Notes: generated by a model from the letters alone, not told the origin. A DNA stretch of 64,000 bases from Balanoglossus misakiensis (GCA_040954595.2 CM082594.2:10110296-10174295), one strand, 5' to 3'. Counted from the first letter of the stretch, positions 35,601 through 49,685 are shown. Numbers and translations are program-made.

Positions 35601-38600
35601 ATTTTAGGATGTCCCTGATCACAGAACCAAAAAACAACGACTGGAAGAGCAGGGCCGGAAGATGATCATCGTTGGGATCTGTGCCATGTCCAAGAAATGC
35701 CGCTCTAAACCCATGAAAGAAATCCTAACCAGACTTGAAAGATTCGAGTACATCGTGACAGAAATATTTGAAGAAGACGTCATCTTACACGAACCAGTTG
35801 AAGACTGGCCGATATGCGACTGTCTGATCTCTTTTTTCTCCAAGGGTTTCCCGCTCGCCAAGGCTGTGGCATACGCCAATTTGAGGAAACCCTACGTCAT
35901 CAATGATCTTCAGAAACAGTTTGGACTTCAAGACAGGTATGGTGAAAAGAATGAAGTGCATGTTACAATCACAACACAGAAATTCACATTTTATTTATGA
36001 AAAAAATTAAAGTTCTAATATATGATTTGGTTTGTCTGTGTTTTTTTCAGGCGGTTCGTGTATAAAGTGTTGAAAGATGAAGGCATAGGTCTGCCAACAT
36101 ATGCTGTGTTAGATAGGGACTCTAATAATCCAAATGGTAAGTATTGGATCATGAAATGATGTCCTTTATATGTATAATCGACAAGTAGAGACAAGTGACA
36201 TGGTATTAAACAACACAGGATGTTAGCCGGCATACTTGAACAAAGTTTTCCTTACAGCACTGGGTTTAGACTCTGTTGAAAGCCTTACTTTATCGACAGA
36301 TATCGTCAATGTCATTCATAGTCATTTGTTTGTCCTCCAAACAGATGCAGAGCTGATAGAGGCTGATGATGCAGTGGATGTCAATGGACTCGTCTTTCAG
36401 AAACCGTTTGTGGAAAAACCAGTGTCGGCAGAAGATCATAACATTTACATTTACTATCCCACCTCAGCTGGTGGGGGAAGTCAAAGACTTTTCAGAAAGG
36501 TAGAGGTGGCATCGGAATAAAATATACAAAAGTTTTGGAATCCAGTCCCTGGAAAAGTCTGCTGAAAATTCCAGCTCTTAATCCCGCTGGACTGAGGCTG
36601 TGCTTATAATGCTGTTTCATGCTTTTTCCGACAGATTGGTAGTCGTAGTAGCGTTTATTCCCCGGAAAGCAGAGTACGGAAAAAGGGGTCCTACATTTAT
36701 GAAGAATTTATGCCGACTGATGGCACAGACGTCAAGGTTGGTGATATTTCTTTTCTAAAGGTTGAAATAGTCCTGTTCCTGGCTCTCATAATGGTCGTGG
36801 AATCAATCTATCAAATGTGATGTTTCAGCCTCTAATAAAACTGGTTTGATTCATTGCACATAAACAGGTGTATACAGTGGGTCCAGACTACGCACATGCT
36901 GAAGCCAGAAAGTCTCCAGCCCTGGATGGAAAAGTAGAAAGAGACAGCGAGGGAAAAGAGATCAGATATCCGGTTATTCTCAATAATATCGAAAAACTCA
37001 TTGCCAGAAAAGTTTCTCTGGCTTTTAAGGTAATGTAACAATTAGGGTGAGCTATATGTTCATTTAGACATGTTCATTAGGTACTTTCCTGGAAAATCTG
37101 TGTTGCTGAGTTGTAATCTAATAAATGTTTATTTTGTAACTCACAGCAAACTGTATGTGGTTTTGACTTGCTTCGTGCCAATGGTAGGTCTTACGTCTGT
37201 GATGTCAATGGTTTCAGTTTTGTGAAAAATTCACCAAAGTACTATGATGATTGTGCAAAGATTCTGGGGTGAGTCTAATGATTTTTCAAAACATCTCTGT
37301 CCTTTTATTGTAACATTAATTCTTGGTGTTCAAGCTCTAGAATTTCTATGGTGCTGTATATACATTTTGATGACACATACTTTTATTTTCAGGAATCTTA
37401 TTATGCGGGAGTTAGCTCCTAATTATGATATTCCATGGAACATTCCATTAGTAGAAGAGGAGGTGCCATATGTGCCCACCACATCCGGCACAATGTGAGT
37501 TTTTAAACTGACTTGAATTGACACTAATGATACTGTTGGATGACTGTGCCACAACAGATATTAAATCAAGGGTGCATCAAATTTTGATGGCTGTAATTTC
37601 TTTTCTGTTTCAGGATGGAGTTGAGATGTGTGATTGGAATAATGCGCCATGGAGACAGAACTCCAAAACAGAAACTCAAAATGGAAGTTAGAAATCCAAG
37701 GTGATCTCAATATGTTATTTGTTTCTAATGAAGGAGATGTACTCCTCCAAAAGGTCATTGAGTAAACCCCAAATTTACTTCAACATTTTGTGTGACATAT
37801 TTGTGAGTTGACTTTTTCTCTTGTGATATTCGACAGGTTCTTTAAGTTGTTTGCTAAATATAATGGTTACAAGCATGGTAAGATTAAACTGAAGAGGCCC
37901 AAACAGTTACAGGTAGGATATACACCTCAATGCAGAAGGGTGTTTAAGGTTACATTCACTCTGCAATGAATTCTGACATACACACACACACTACATGTAT
38001 ATACCATGTGTTTGATAATCTACAGGAAGTACTAGACGTTGCTCGATATCTGCTGGCCGAACTGGAAACTCAAGATGGAGTCACTGAGATTGAAGAGAAG
38101 AAAAGCAAACTAGAACAATTAAAAACTGTACTCGAAATGTACGGCCATTTCTCTGGAATCAACAGAAAAGTCCAACTGAAATACCAACCTACAGGGCGTC
38201 CTAGAAATTCCAGCAGTGAAGATGGTAAGCTTTAATGTTTATCATCTAAAGAAGAATGATTTCTATGTCATTACAAAAAGCCACATGAAGGATTCAACCA
38301 TGAAGAGTTTTATTTCTCTGTGATCTAAATGTCCATTGTCTGATTACAGACGCCAACGGAGAGCCGTCACTATTGTTGATTGTGAAGTGGGGTGGTGAGT
38401 TGACCCCAGCTGGCCGAGTTCAAGCGGAGGAATTGGGAAGAGCATTCCGATGCATTTATCCCGGAGGACAAGGTAAGCATGGAGACGTGGTCGTCGGCAG
38501 ACTGATAGATCGGCAGGTAGGCAAATAGACAGAGACAGATATTGTCAGGGAGACCAAGCAGGAAGGCAGAGACTGAATGATGTTGAAACAGATAGGCAGG

Positions 38601-41600
38601 CAGGCAGGTGTGCAAGCAGACAGACAGACACACACAGGTGTATTTCAGTATGTCACTATCAGACACTGATGTCTTAATACATGTTCCAATTCACAGGTGA
38701 ATATGCAGGATTTCCGGGCTGCGGCTTGTTGCGTCTTCACAGCACTTACAGACATGACCTGAAGATCTACGCGTCTGATGAAGGCAGGGTTCAAATGACA
38801 GCTGCTGCTTTTACAAAGGTCAGACCTCATTCAAATCAGAATATCAAAAATTAGAAACAGACGTGAACTAGTCTCTTCACATGTGGTGGCAATCTTATCA
38901 AATATTCCATTCATTAGAGCACTACTTTTGTCTTTATGGATCAACAGGGAATGTTAGCATTGGAGGGAGAATTGACGCCAATCTTGGTACAAATGGTGAA
39001 GAGCGCACACACCAATGGACTCTTAGACTTTGATAAGGATTCATCATCAGTACAAGCAAAGTAAGACATTATTGAACAACTTCTGTCAGATTAACCCACA
39101 GGCACTGTACAATAAGTATGCAAATGAGGGTGCCAAGTGCCAATATGGTGGATGGAATCTACATACTGTATTCAAAAATGAGCTTTCTTCTGTTTATGAA
39201 GTCATAAAAAACTGTTGTAAACCTATATGAGATATATGTCATTTTGCTTTTGTTAATCAGGGCTAAACAGAAACTGCGTGAACTACTGAGTCAGAATAGA
39301 GTGTTTACAGAAGAAGACATCGATCGGGTAAGCTTCCTATGCAGTTGTACCAGTCAATAGGATTTCTTCAGTTAAAAAGATCTAGTACACAGATACCTAT
39401 CCCTGTTGAGTCTCCATACCTGATACAATGCTAATTATTCACCCATTTCCACGACAGCTTGCACCAACTGGTGCCAAGTCTTATCTTGATTCCATTGACC
39501 TGATCGGTAATCCAGTGGAGAAATGCGAACTGGTGGCAGAACTCATCAAGTACCTCATCCAACAAATCAAAGCGAGGCTGGACGATCCAGAGTGTGAAGG
39601 TAAAAATAATTCATCTACCAGAAACAAGATGGCTGGCATGGCAACAGTGTTTCATATAACCAAACCCCTTTGCTGTTTGCGTTGTCAATGAGAATCTCAT
39701 TGTCATTCTTGTATGTGTCCTCTCAACCAGATATCAAACTATATCACCACGAGACTCTGGATCTGATGTTGAAACGATGGTGCAAGCTGGACAAGGACTT
39801 CACCATGAAAAACGGAGAGTTTGACATCACTAAAATACCGGACATTTACGACTGCATCAAGTATGACTGTCTCCACAACAGCGAGCTGCAGTTGGACAAG
39901 AGAGAAGAATTGTACCTGTGCGCACAAGAATTGGCGGATATTATCATCCCCCAGGTATGAGGATAACATAATGGCCTCTCATGCTGTGTGGAGTAGAACA
40001 AGAAACTGGATTTGGTATGCAGAGCAAAAATACTGGAAAGCCAAAAGTCAGAAAATTTCTAGTCATATTTTGAATAGTTTCATGTTATTACTCCAACCTA
40101 AGTTTGACAAATATTACATGAATTTTCAGGAATATGGAATAACGGGGCAAGAGAAGCTGGATATTGGTACCGGAATATGTCTTCCACTTCTCCGGAAGAT
40201 TCAGTCGGATTTACAGAGAAATCTGGATGATGAGACTGTGAATCGATTAAATCCACAATACTCTCATAATGTGTTATCACCGGGGCGACATGTGAGAACC
40301 AGGCTGTACTTTACAAGTGAAAGTCATATACATTCTTTGTTGAATTGTCTGAGACTTGGAGGACTCTGTAATGTAAGTCATGGTATAATTGTAATCTGGG
40401 TTGCAGCGGGGGTTGTTGGGGGGGGGGGGGGGGGGGGTGACCGATAGCAAGTTTCTATGGTAAGGTTGGACCTCTATAGAGGGAACTGGGGGTGAAAGGG
40501 CTAATGTTTTGAAATTCTCGTTAATTAGGAGGAGGACGAACAATGGAAGACAGCTATGGAGTACCTGGGTGCTGTCAAAGAACTGAACTACATGACACAG
40601 ATTGTGATAATGCTCTACGAAGATCCAAGCAAAGATGCAGCCTCGGAAGAGAGATTCCATGTGGAGTTACATTTCAGTCCCGGAGCTAAGAGTTACGGAG
40701 ATGACGAGCTGAGTTATCCGTCAGGTTCCGGATACAGGCCGGCAACATCAAAGGAAGAAAAAGTAAGAGGTTTAGAGTAGCTGTGTGATTGTGTGTGTAA
40801 TATGGTTTGATCCAAATCCATTGTTTTCTATGGTAAAGTTGAACCTCCATCGAAGGAACTCCAAACTGCAGTGCATTCATTGTATTAATTAAAGAGTCTC
40901 GATTTTTCTTCAGCTTTTAGACGACCCGTTTGAAAACAGTTCGTCATCGGACGGTTTCGGCACATTGTCCAAAGAAGCAGAGGACTGCTCACAGGAACTA
41001 CCCTCTCTGAGCGAACTGGCAAAGTACAGAACAAGGCTTTCGGGTAAGCAAGAGGATCTTTCAAGTCCAAGGTTAAAACATGGTCTTGGATCAGCGCCCT
41101 CAACCACTGGTCGAACCAGATCTGGTATGTTGTTGTCAAGAGATTACTAGGCTTGTTTATCGATCGCTTTGCAGTAATAGCATGCTGGAGTAGACTTTTA
41201 ACATTAAATCAAATGATTGACTATCTCCTTCAATTGACCACAGCAAGACTTTAGTGGATCTTTCAAACCATTAGCTCTCCTGTACCAGCTACTGGCTCAG
41301 TGCCTGATTCCATAAGATGTAGTCTAGATTTTCTGTCTATTCAGACGTAAAAGATGTAAATGAGATTCTTGGTTTACTGAACTCTAGCATAAATGTAAAA
41401 GTACAGTATACGAGATACCCTATGATGTAACCAAGACCCTCTAGCATGTCATAGATACATGTTCATGTGTTTTCACCCCAGCACTGTTTTGACCTTTTAT
41501 AACACACACCATCTAATGCATGTTCTGTGGAGTTGAGTTTTCACCCAATAAATGTCACCTATCACCTGGTTTTACTCACTAACAGGTTCGCAAGGCAGCT

Positions 41601-43903
41601 TATTCAGTAAGGATTTATTAAACGCCTTTACGTGTACGAGTAGCCTCCCTGACCTCAAGGCTGTTGAAGGCATCCGTCGAAATTGCTCCTATGGAGTTCT
41701 GCCCGGTAAGCCATTCGAAACTCTGTAAACCATTACATTTTGTCAAACAGATAGTTGGTAGCTTATAGTATTTTAGTATAGTTAGACTATTGGTAGTTAG
41801 ACACCCAGGTTTCCGTTGAGATACAGCTATACATGAAATTTGATATTTATTCAGAGTTTGGTCTGCTATTACTTTCCATAAAAGTTGTTTTCCAGATTTA
41901 CACAACTAATATCAGTATTTTTTTTCCACCCTAACCAATCCATTAATCCTTCTTCCCCAATCTTAGCACCAGTAGTTTATCTAATATTACTGGTATTCTG
42001 TAATCTTGTCTCTTTGAGTGTGTATGAGAATAACTTCTTGTTGACATGGGTGAAGTCGAAAGATTATCAAATAAAATGACAGTTGAGATTTTAGAAATAT
42101 AGAGCAATGAATGCCAATTATAAAAGAGGGCCTTTCTATTTTCACAGATCTGTGTCTTCAGATACCCGGTGAGACTTTTGTCAATCTTTGTGTCATTTTT
42201 AAGAATCATAAAATTAAAGAGGCTTGTAGTTAACAATCCTTATTAGATAGAATGTGCCTCGAAAATCTCTGATTGACGTGCCCAGTTGTCTGTTCGGAAA
42301 ATCAGCTACCTTTTCAAGTGTTCAATGCAACCTGTTGGACAGATAACAAAAAGCAAAATCAAACTAAAACAATTGCTGTCGCCCTGCGCATGAATAAAAC
42401 TGACACACCTACCTCCCCCTGGAATTTAAACCCGGCAATATTTACAGACCTTGCATGTCGAAATTTAATGAAAAATTTATGAGAATCACACCTGTTGTTG
42501 AAAGTGACGGAATTCTCACAGAGAATATATCAGCTTTTTGACGGGATAATCTCTAGACTCAGTAGAGATTAAAAGTTGGTGCCTTAAATTTCTGTTTTCC
42601 TGCCAGAGGGTGTGTTACAACAAGCCTCTTTAAAAATCAATGTTGTGCAATCTTGACAAAAATCCCTGTAGCTGCATTTATTTTTGTCTAATTTGGAAAC
42701 CATACCCAAGCTGACTTAGCTGTGTGATGCTTCTTCTATTAAAGTCACATGCAACTGCACATGAAAACAACCAAGCAAGAAACAAGGCACTAAATTGACT
42801 TGTATAATATCTTCAGGTAGACATAAACAAATCACAGCTAATATGCAGATATGCTCAGTGAAAAGTAAACATGCCAAGCTGGCTATTCTTCATTTTCACA
42901 AGTGGAGTTCTTGGACAAATACATTGTATGGATGATGGATGGATGAATTGATTGATTGATTGATTGCTTAATAGACAGTCAGACAGAGGGATGGATGGAT
43001 GGATGGATAGATTGATTGACAGACGGACAGAGAGAGGTCATGTCATGTCGTCTCATTCATTTTCTCTTAAATTTAACCAACAGCTACTGTGTATTCTACT
43101 CAACAGAGTAAATGTCAGACTAATTTTCAGTATCATCTTCTGTCTTTATGCTCAACTTTACTATCCTTCCTCAAATATCCCCAATAATTGACTCAGTCAC
43201 CCACTTTAGCAAATCTCAATGGTGTGGTTTCAATAAGTACATGAATATCATGGTGTTTTGGATTCAGACCATGCACTAATCTTATCTTAAAAATCAGACA
43301 CTAGGTAATTAATTAATGACAATTCATCACTACCAGTAATTGCGTTTTAACATCCTGTATGTGTATTCATTTGTAGTTTTGCCATTGCGAGTGCCGTACA
43401 TTATTATTGAAAATTGATGATTCTTAGGATGGGCGTGTTTTTTGTTTTTAATAGGTATGGACACATACACCATGGTGCCATCAATACGTCCCTTGGAGAC
43501 CCTACACAACTCCCTTTCTCTGCGTCAAGTTGATGAGTTCCTGCAGAGGGTGACACACGACCGTCCTAACCATCCCCCGACCACCTTAAGAAGCTCTAAG
43601 GAAATGTTGTCCATATTCACTCCCAAGAGAATAGCCCCCACGCCGTTGTCGCTGCCCATCCGATCGGAGGACATGCCTTTCTATCGGTCGAGCAACCCGT
43701 CATCCAACTCCTCCAGTGCAATGCATTCGCCTAGTAACAGTCTGAACACGGTGGACGATTACCTCAGCACGTTCGAAGCTGCCTCAGGTGCCGTGGAAAC
43801 GCCGCCGGACACGCCCACGCCACTGTCTGGCTTGGGCGGAATGGAGGTTTTTGAAGATACTGTAGATGCTGTGCTGAAGGCCAAATTAACAGAGAACACG
43901 TAA
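32675..43903 (+). CDS. PPIP5K2: Inositol hexakisphosphate/diphosphoinositol-pentakisphosphate kinase (PPIP5K/VIP1), kinase plus histidine acid phosphatase domains
   Basis: 22 phase-consistent exons: 32675-32734, 35608-35936, 36051-36136, 36345-36499, 36635-36736, 36868-37029, 37147-37268, 37393-37494, 37614-37700, 37837-37912, 38026-38224, 38350-38472, 38697-38818, 38948-39060, 39261-39327, 39458-39599, 39731-39954, 40130-40372, 40529-40762, 40914-41124, 41586-41705, 43455-43903. Motifs include [68 protein letters not shown] and [14 protein letters not shown]. The start ATG sits in a perfect Kozak context (GCCACCATG); an in-frame ATG at 32639 is an alternative. Likely co-ortholog of PPIP5K1/2. 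Confidence 0.96.
42928..43030. repeat. Compound tetranucleotide microsatellite (GATG/GATT/GACA)
   Basis: Seen directly in the last PPIP5K intron. Similar tracts occur at about 33490-33540 and 38590-38635. Confidence 0.85.
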
Positions 43904-45084
43904 TGCTTTGACCCCATCACACTTCCGAGTGACATCATAGGTCAAGGTTCAAAGGTTAATTAACTGATCCATAACCTATGAGTTTGGGCTCTTTCTTGTG
44001 CAACACTAAACAAAACATTAAGAGCTGCCATGTCTTTATCGACATGTGTTTCCATTCATGTCTGGGAAACGTTCAAAATTGTTCTGTAAAACCTATGAGG
44101 TAAAAATTCAGTACTGTCACCCTCATTGCCAATATTAAATGTACTATACTGTGTACAGTACTCGGTTTTCCGTCACTCAAAAGAAATTATGGTTGCTGAT
44201 TCATATTCATATTCATGAGGCACTATATATAGGGGCCAAGATTGTGCTACCATCATTTACATAACTGTATAATGGGTGGAAAACTGCCAAAATCATGAAA
44301 AATAGCTGAATGACCACCCGATTTGGATGTTTATTTTCAAAGCAAAAACCTGTGTGTGTGTTTATCGTTCGCGAAAACTTCCCATTTTACAGTATGTCTA
44401 TTTTACAGTACATGTGTATATGCTGCTGCTTTACTAGGATAATGTACAAGTTTGTGTATCTCAGTATAAATATACTATTTGACACTTTTGTGATATATAT
44501 TTCCTGGGTTTATTTTTTGTTTGACTGTCTGTGCTGAAATGCCTCCTGAACAAATAAACAGTACTGCTACAAAAATGGAAGAACATTTTCCTTTTTGATT
44601 TGTATGAAACAAATTCAGCAAGAATGAATAAAGGGATGATTATGGACATTTTATTGTTATTTTAAAACTGGTTTAACTGGATGACAGACAAAATCCAGAG
44701 CCTCCAGACTACTGTTGAGTTTATGGTCATATAAGAATCCAGAATCGGTTAATTAATCATTGACACATTTATTGCAATATTAATATCACCAGAAAAATAT
44801 GCATCTCCTAAATTGCATTACTCTGCAGCAAGTATGCATGTTAAATATCTTGTAAATATTGATGCGTATGTCCATGCAATGCAGACATTAAAGTAGTCTA
44901 AACATTTGTAGAAAATGCTAGCATAATCCATCCTCCGGGAAAGTGTCCGTAACTCAAAACATTCTTGCAACAGAAGAGACACATTTCTGTGACTACTAAG
45001 CCTCTATTCTTAAGATAAATTTAATGTTCTCCATGAAAAGGCTTGCAACATCTGACATATTGACCTCTCAACTTTGAACCCAAA

Positions 45085-47484
45085 TCATCCTTTCTTGGAG
45101 GTCAACACTGCAATTGCATAGCCAATGAAGACAACTGTGAAACAGATGCCCATCCACAAAGTGACCCCCAACAACGTGAGCCCCCTAGGCACGTCATAAA
45201 ACCCGTTCATTGCCATGTCCTGAGGGTTTGGAGAAGGGAAAGTCTGTAAGTTGGCACCGTAGTCGTAGAAATTGGCTGCTGTGTGGGCGTTGGTTGGTGG
45301 TGGTTCACGGAATAGTAACGAGGTCCAGAAACCCCTCTCTGGAGATCCGGGTAATGGGTAAGAGCTGTGGAGAGTCCGTCTCTCTGCTTTCCGTCTGGCG
45401 ATGTATTCTTCGTGGTAATGGGTCCTCACTTCTTGATCGAGATCTGGGGTTTGAAAAGGGACATGGAAAAATTGGATGAAACACAGATCACAACAATATC
45501 ATGCAAATAAAAAAATCATCATTCTCACTCAGTGACTGGAGCCATTGTACTGATGATCTGTCCAGCCCAGATTTTTATCAAACAGTGCCCTCTATTGATG
45601 TAAATACACAGATGTGAACATTGAGACCATAATATGGTTTTCACCTTTGCATAGCCTGACGTGTCGGATGATTTCTCGACACAGCGGACATGGCGTCGTG
45701 GTGGGATTGCCCCGGGCCAGTTGACGAAGACATGGATCACAAAATATGTGCTTGCAGGGTTGGCAGATGTGAGGTTTGAAGAAGACATCCAAACAGACAG
45801 GGCAGCAGTGGCTGTCCAGGTGGTAAGTCTCTGTCTCACTCTCCGAGTCAGTGTCATCCTGAACCAGTGAATCTGCATCCTGGAAAGTAATGCAAAGAAA
45901 AATGAGAATAAAACTTAAAGGGCCACTGGTCCCCCCTTGACAAATTGATAGGGGGTACCAACGTGTCAATAGGAGTGAATCCCCCAGGGCCCTGTCTAGA
46001 TGAAATTTTAAATCAAAATTTCTACCTGAAGTGCTGCAAAGGTATTTCCAACATCAGTCAGTCTTCCTCTCTTCTTGGCTCGCCGCCTCAAATATCGCAG
46101 CCGATTTTTCTTCCTCCTTCGGCTCATCTGTCTCTCATCATGCACAGCATTCCCATCCTGCGTGTCCTCCTCTCCAAGTTCTTGGTTTTCACCTTGATGT
46201 GTAATCAACGGCACAGCAGTGACCACTGTCTGCACTGCACAGTTTCTTTGCATGGCATTGCACGCATCACTCAGCTCGTTCACAGACATTCCGTGATTTC
46301 CGTACCGGGCTAAGCTTTCCCGCAGATCCTGGAGATCCTGCAGTTCTGTGTCTGTCAAAATGTCGGCAAACGACTGCCTGAACCGAGCTGCGCTACAAGT
46401 GCGAATGGATTCCATGCTCTCCCTGGTCTGTGTTGATTTTTCTTGCATAATGAAGTTGAAGACCTCTCGCAAAGGATCCCCTTGTCGTGTCATGCTTTTA
46501 TGAGTTCTTGGTTTTGTCGTGTAATTGACAGATGCACGACTGCCAGTATTGCTGTTGTTTTGTTTGTGTTGGGGAGTTCTATCCTCGATATTTTGGAAAT
46601 GGCTCACTCCAGCCTCAAGGAGGTTCTGGGAGTTGGTCGTCATGGTTACATCCTCCTCCCCGATCACCTCATAGCTGGACAATGCTATATCATGAATCAC
46701 TGCATCATTTCCTTGGCGATAGATGTTAGCATCACCTCTGGACCTTTCGATTTCTCCGTAGGAAGGTGCTTCATGGTTGTGCACTACCAAATTTGAGTTT
46801 ATCATTCTGTCTCTGTTTTGCAAGATCTGATTGACTGGCCGTGGGCTGTTGTTGGCATCAACTCTACTTTTGCATATTTGTATGTTCGGGGTGTTATTTA
46901 CTCCACAGCTGCACGTGTTTACAGCAATGTAGTCATAGGAACCAAGTCTTCCTTTACATTTAGGGCATAAAATTTTGCCCTTTGTCCAGCATCCCTGTTG
47001 GCAATAACAGACAACTTCAAATAAGAAGTCACAACAGTAGAGGTTAATACAACACTATGGAATTTTACAAAGATTTGACTAATAGCATCACATTTGTGTA
47101 CTCACACTCACAGTCCCTCTACTGTGGTGCACTATAACAGCGGTATGTAAAATCTCATTTGAGTCTAAAACATGAATACATACATCCATCCATCCATACA
47201 TACAGACGCAACCGATCCCATAAGGTCCCATGGTATATACCAATGGGACCTAAAAATGTAACACTCATGCTTTATAGACTCTGTATGAAATTACAAACCT
47301 GATTTATCTGTTTCTGAATCCACCGTGGTAAAAAGTCATAATTTTCATCATCTAAATACCATAGAGTACTAGCACTCATCTGTTGACATGGCCCAAATGC
47401 ACCATGGGAAGGTACAACACAGCGGTCATCAAAGAGAAACTGTCGACACTTTCTGCATCTGTACTTCATCACTTGGGTTGCCAT
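45085..47484 (-). CDS. RNF180: E3 ubiquitin ligase RNF180 (Rines)-like
   Basis: Exons 47484-47299, 46994-46026, 45879-45645, 45443-45085 (TGA), GT-AG and phase-consistent. N-terminal DUSP12-type zinc-binding region (YRCRKCR...WTKGKILCPKCKGRLGSYDY...CSCG), a basic stretch (RRRKKNRLRYLRRRAKKR), a C3HC4 RING (CPVC...CKHIFCDPC...CPLC) and a C-terminal transmembrane helix. This is the RNF180 architecture. A YY1-like AATATGGCGG on the minus strand near 47850 marks the likely promoter. Confidence 0.85.
47175..47256 (+). mobile_element. End fragment of a non-autonomous element (microsatellite plus terminal hairpin, HINE/DINE-like)
   Basis: A (CATA/CATC)n tract followed by the stem-loop AGGTCCCAT-GGTATATACCA-ATGGGACCT (47223-47251) and an A-run. 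Confidence 0.45.
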
Positions 47485-48039
47485 GGTGATAAGATTCCTT
47501 TGGTAACAAGGAGAGAACATAAAACATATTACCAGGATATGATCATTGACAAATGTCTTGCAGACGATTGCAAACATCCAGTTTGAAAATATTAAAACCC
47601 ACGATGATGTAAAAACTGATCTTGCCTACATGTATAGTGTTGGAATTTTCTCATTGCGAACGAATCTGATTAAGTGTGGGAGTAATAAGAGCAAACCCTC
47701 TCTCTGAAATAAAATGTAAATACGACTTATCTACTCAAGACATACCTAGCGTCTCAGTAAGAAGACGAGCCTCAAAAAATAAAAAAAATATGCCAAACTG
47801 GAAGTTTATATCATACGAACACGTAGGTACAATGAGTACCAGTCCCCGGCCGCCATATTGACTATGTCCAAATGTCAGGTGACCCAATGACTAATGTGGA
47901 CGATTCTATTTGTGTTGAAGGAGGGGCCACCTACAGAATTCACGAAAAAGAGGATATACCTAACGTTCTGTGGACTTGGATAAAGGAAAAACTCATCCCC
48001 AACGGAGATTGTGTCACTTACTTGCTAATTACTGCTTGA

Positions 48040-49685
48040 AATCCCCATAGAATCCACCGGTCTTCACTCGGCCATGAAACATACAAGCGCTTACCTCATG
48101 TAGTCACAGTTGCATGGCTGGAATATACAACTTACACACAGACACGCACACAATAACGAAGGGATGTTACGTTCATATAAGTAACCATATTGTTATAGGT
48201 AGAAGTTTGTATAAATTCGGTTCGTTGAGCTGGGAATTCAGGCACCAGTCAGAATCATTTATAATTGATGCAAGCGGGATAGTTTTTATGGTCAGTGAGA
48301 ACATATTTTGTTTCCAAATCAAGGGGCAACTTTTGACCACGTCTTACAATGCTAGTATTGGTTGAATAAAATGATACAGAGACGAGTTAAATCTTTCGTT
48401 TTATTCTAATTTTATTGAAAATACAAGAATTCAAATAAACACAGATTCAAAGTTTGGAGACCACACAACAAGATATACAATACGTTCTGTGGTTCAACAA
48501 AATCATCATGCTGATACAACGAAGCAATACATGTTATATATAATAATCATATTTAAACACAATAACATACAATGACTAAAAATACACATCCTTTCACACC
48601 TTGGTATCGTATGGAATAAAAATACAAAACGTACAATCACAAAAACCTATTTTAATAAAATTACATTGGAGTAATTGAAAAAAAATTACAAATCTCAAAA
48701 AAACTTCTGGAAAGTATACGTACACAAATTATTTTACTATAACAACAGCCTGACTCGAGCCAACATAGATAATCATAGTAACCACCCCCCCCCCCCCCAA
48801 CGGTAAAGCTGCGTACCACAACTAAGGCTAACAGACACTCGCGTAGATGATCGGTACAAATAAACCACTTCCACGTTTTACTATATTTTTTAAAAACTTT
48901 TATTGTAATAAGGGAAAAGACAAAATGTTACACATCTCAAAAATAGACTATCAGATATACACTCGCGCGAAGATGATCGGTACGAATAAACCACTCCCAG
49001 ATTACACCAGGATGTTTTTAGTAAAATTTTATTCGATAAAAGGAAAAAGACAAGATTACAAATCTTAAAAACAGCCTAACAGAGACATACGCACGCGCGA
49101 AGATGATCGTTACGGAAATAAACCACTCCCAGTATTATGAGTGTGTGTATGTTTTTAATATTTTTTTTATTGAATAATGACGAAAGATTACAAAGCTCAA
49201 AAAAACTCATTTTAAGTATTAACCGACGGTCTGAGGGATGGGACCCACCCGCCCCGGGGATTTTATTTATGTCTATATCACTTACTTGTTATGAAACTTC
49301 ATACCATCCACTGGTCTTCATTCAGCCATGGAACATACAAGCGCTTACCTCATGAAGTTCCAGTTGCATGGCCGGAATATACAACTTACCTCGACACACA
49401 TGCACACACACACACTCACAATAACAAGCACCTTTCGAAGCATTCAAAGTCAGTGAACTTCCTAATTGGTTTCAAAACTCCGAAATGACATCCACATATT
49501 GAGCTGAGCTGGGTACCGGCACCAGTCAGAACCAGGAAAAAATCTTCATAATGGCCACAATTAAAGAAAGGCTTGGTTGATAACGGCCATTTAATGTACA
49601 TGTAAATATGGCTTACTTGTTGCATCTGGCTTGAAACCTCATAGAATCTATTGGTCTCCTCCATGGAACATACAAGCACTAGCCT
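48040..49685. repeat. Local dispersed duplication in three diverged copies (about 48040-48255, 49290-49535, 49630-49685)
   Basis: Shared string GGTCT..CCATG.AACATACAAGC in all three copies. The first two also share GCTTACCTCATG..AGTTGCATGGC.GGAATATACAACTTAC and GAGCTGGG...GGCACCAGTCAGAA. Confidence 0.8.
48830..49210. repeat. Minisatellite, three diverged units of about 125-130 bp
   Basis: The core CGCG..AGATGATCG.TAC..AATAAACCACT.CCA recurs at about 48840, 48965 and 49095. Confidence 0.85.

Noticed and set aside
39821-40447. 208-aa ORF as a single long exon
   Set aside because: Only 40130-40372 matches PPIP5K. The rest is an off-frame exon plus intron, including a poly-G run.
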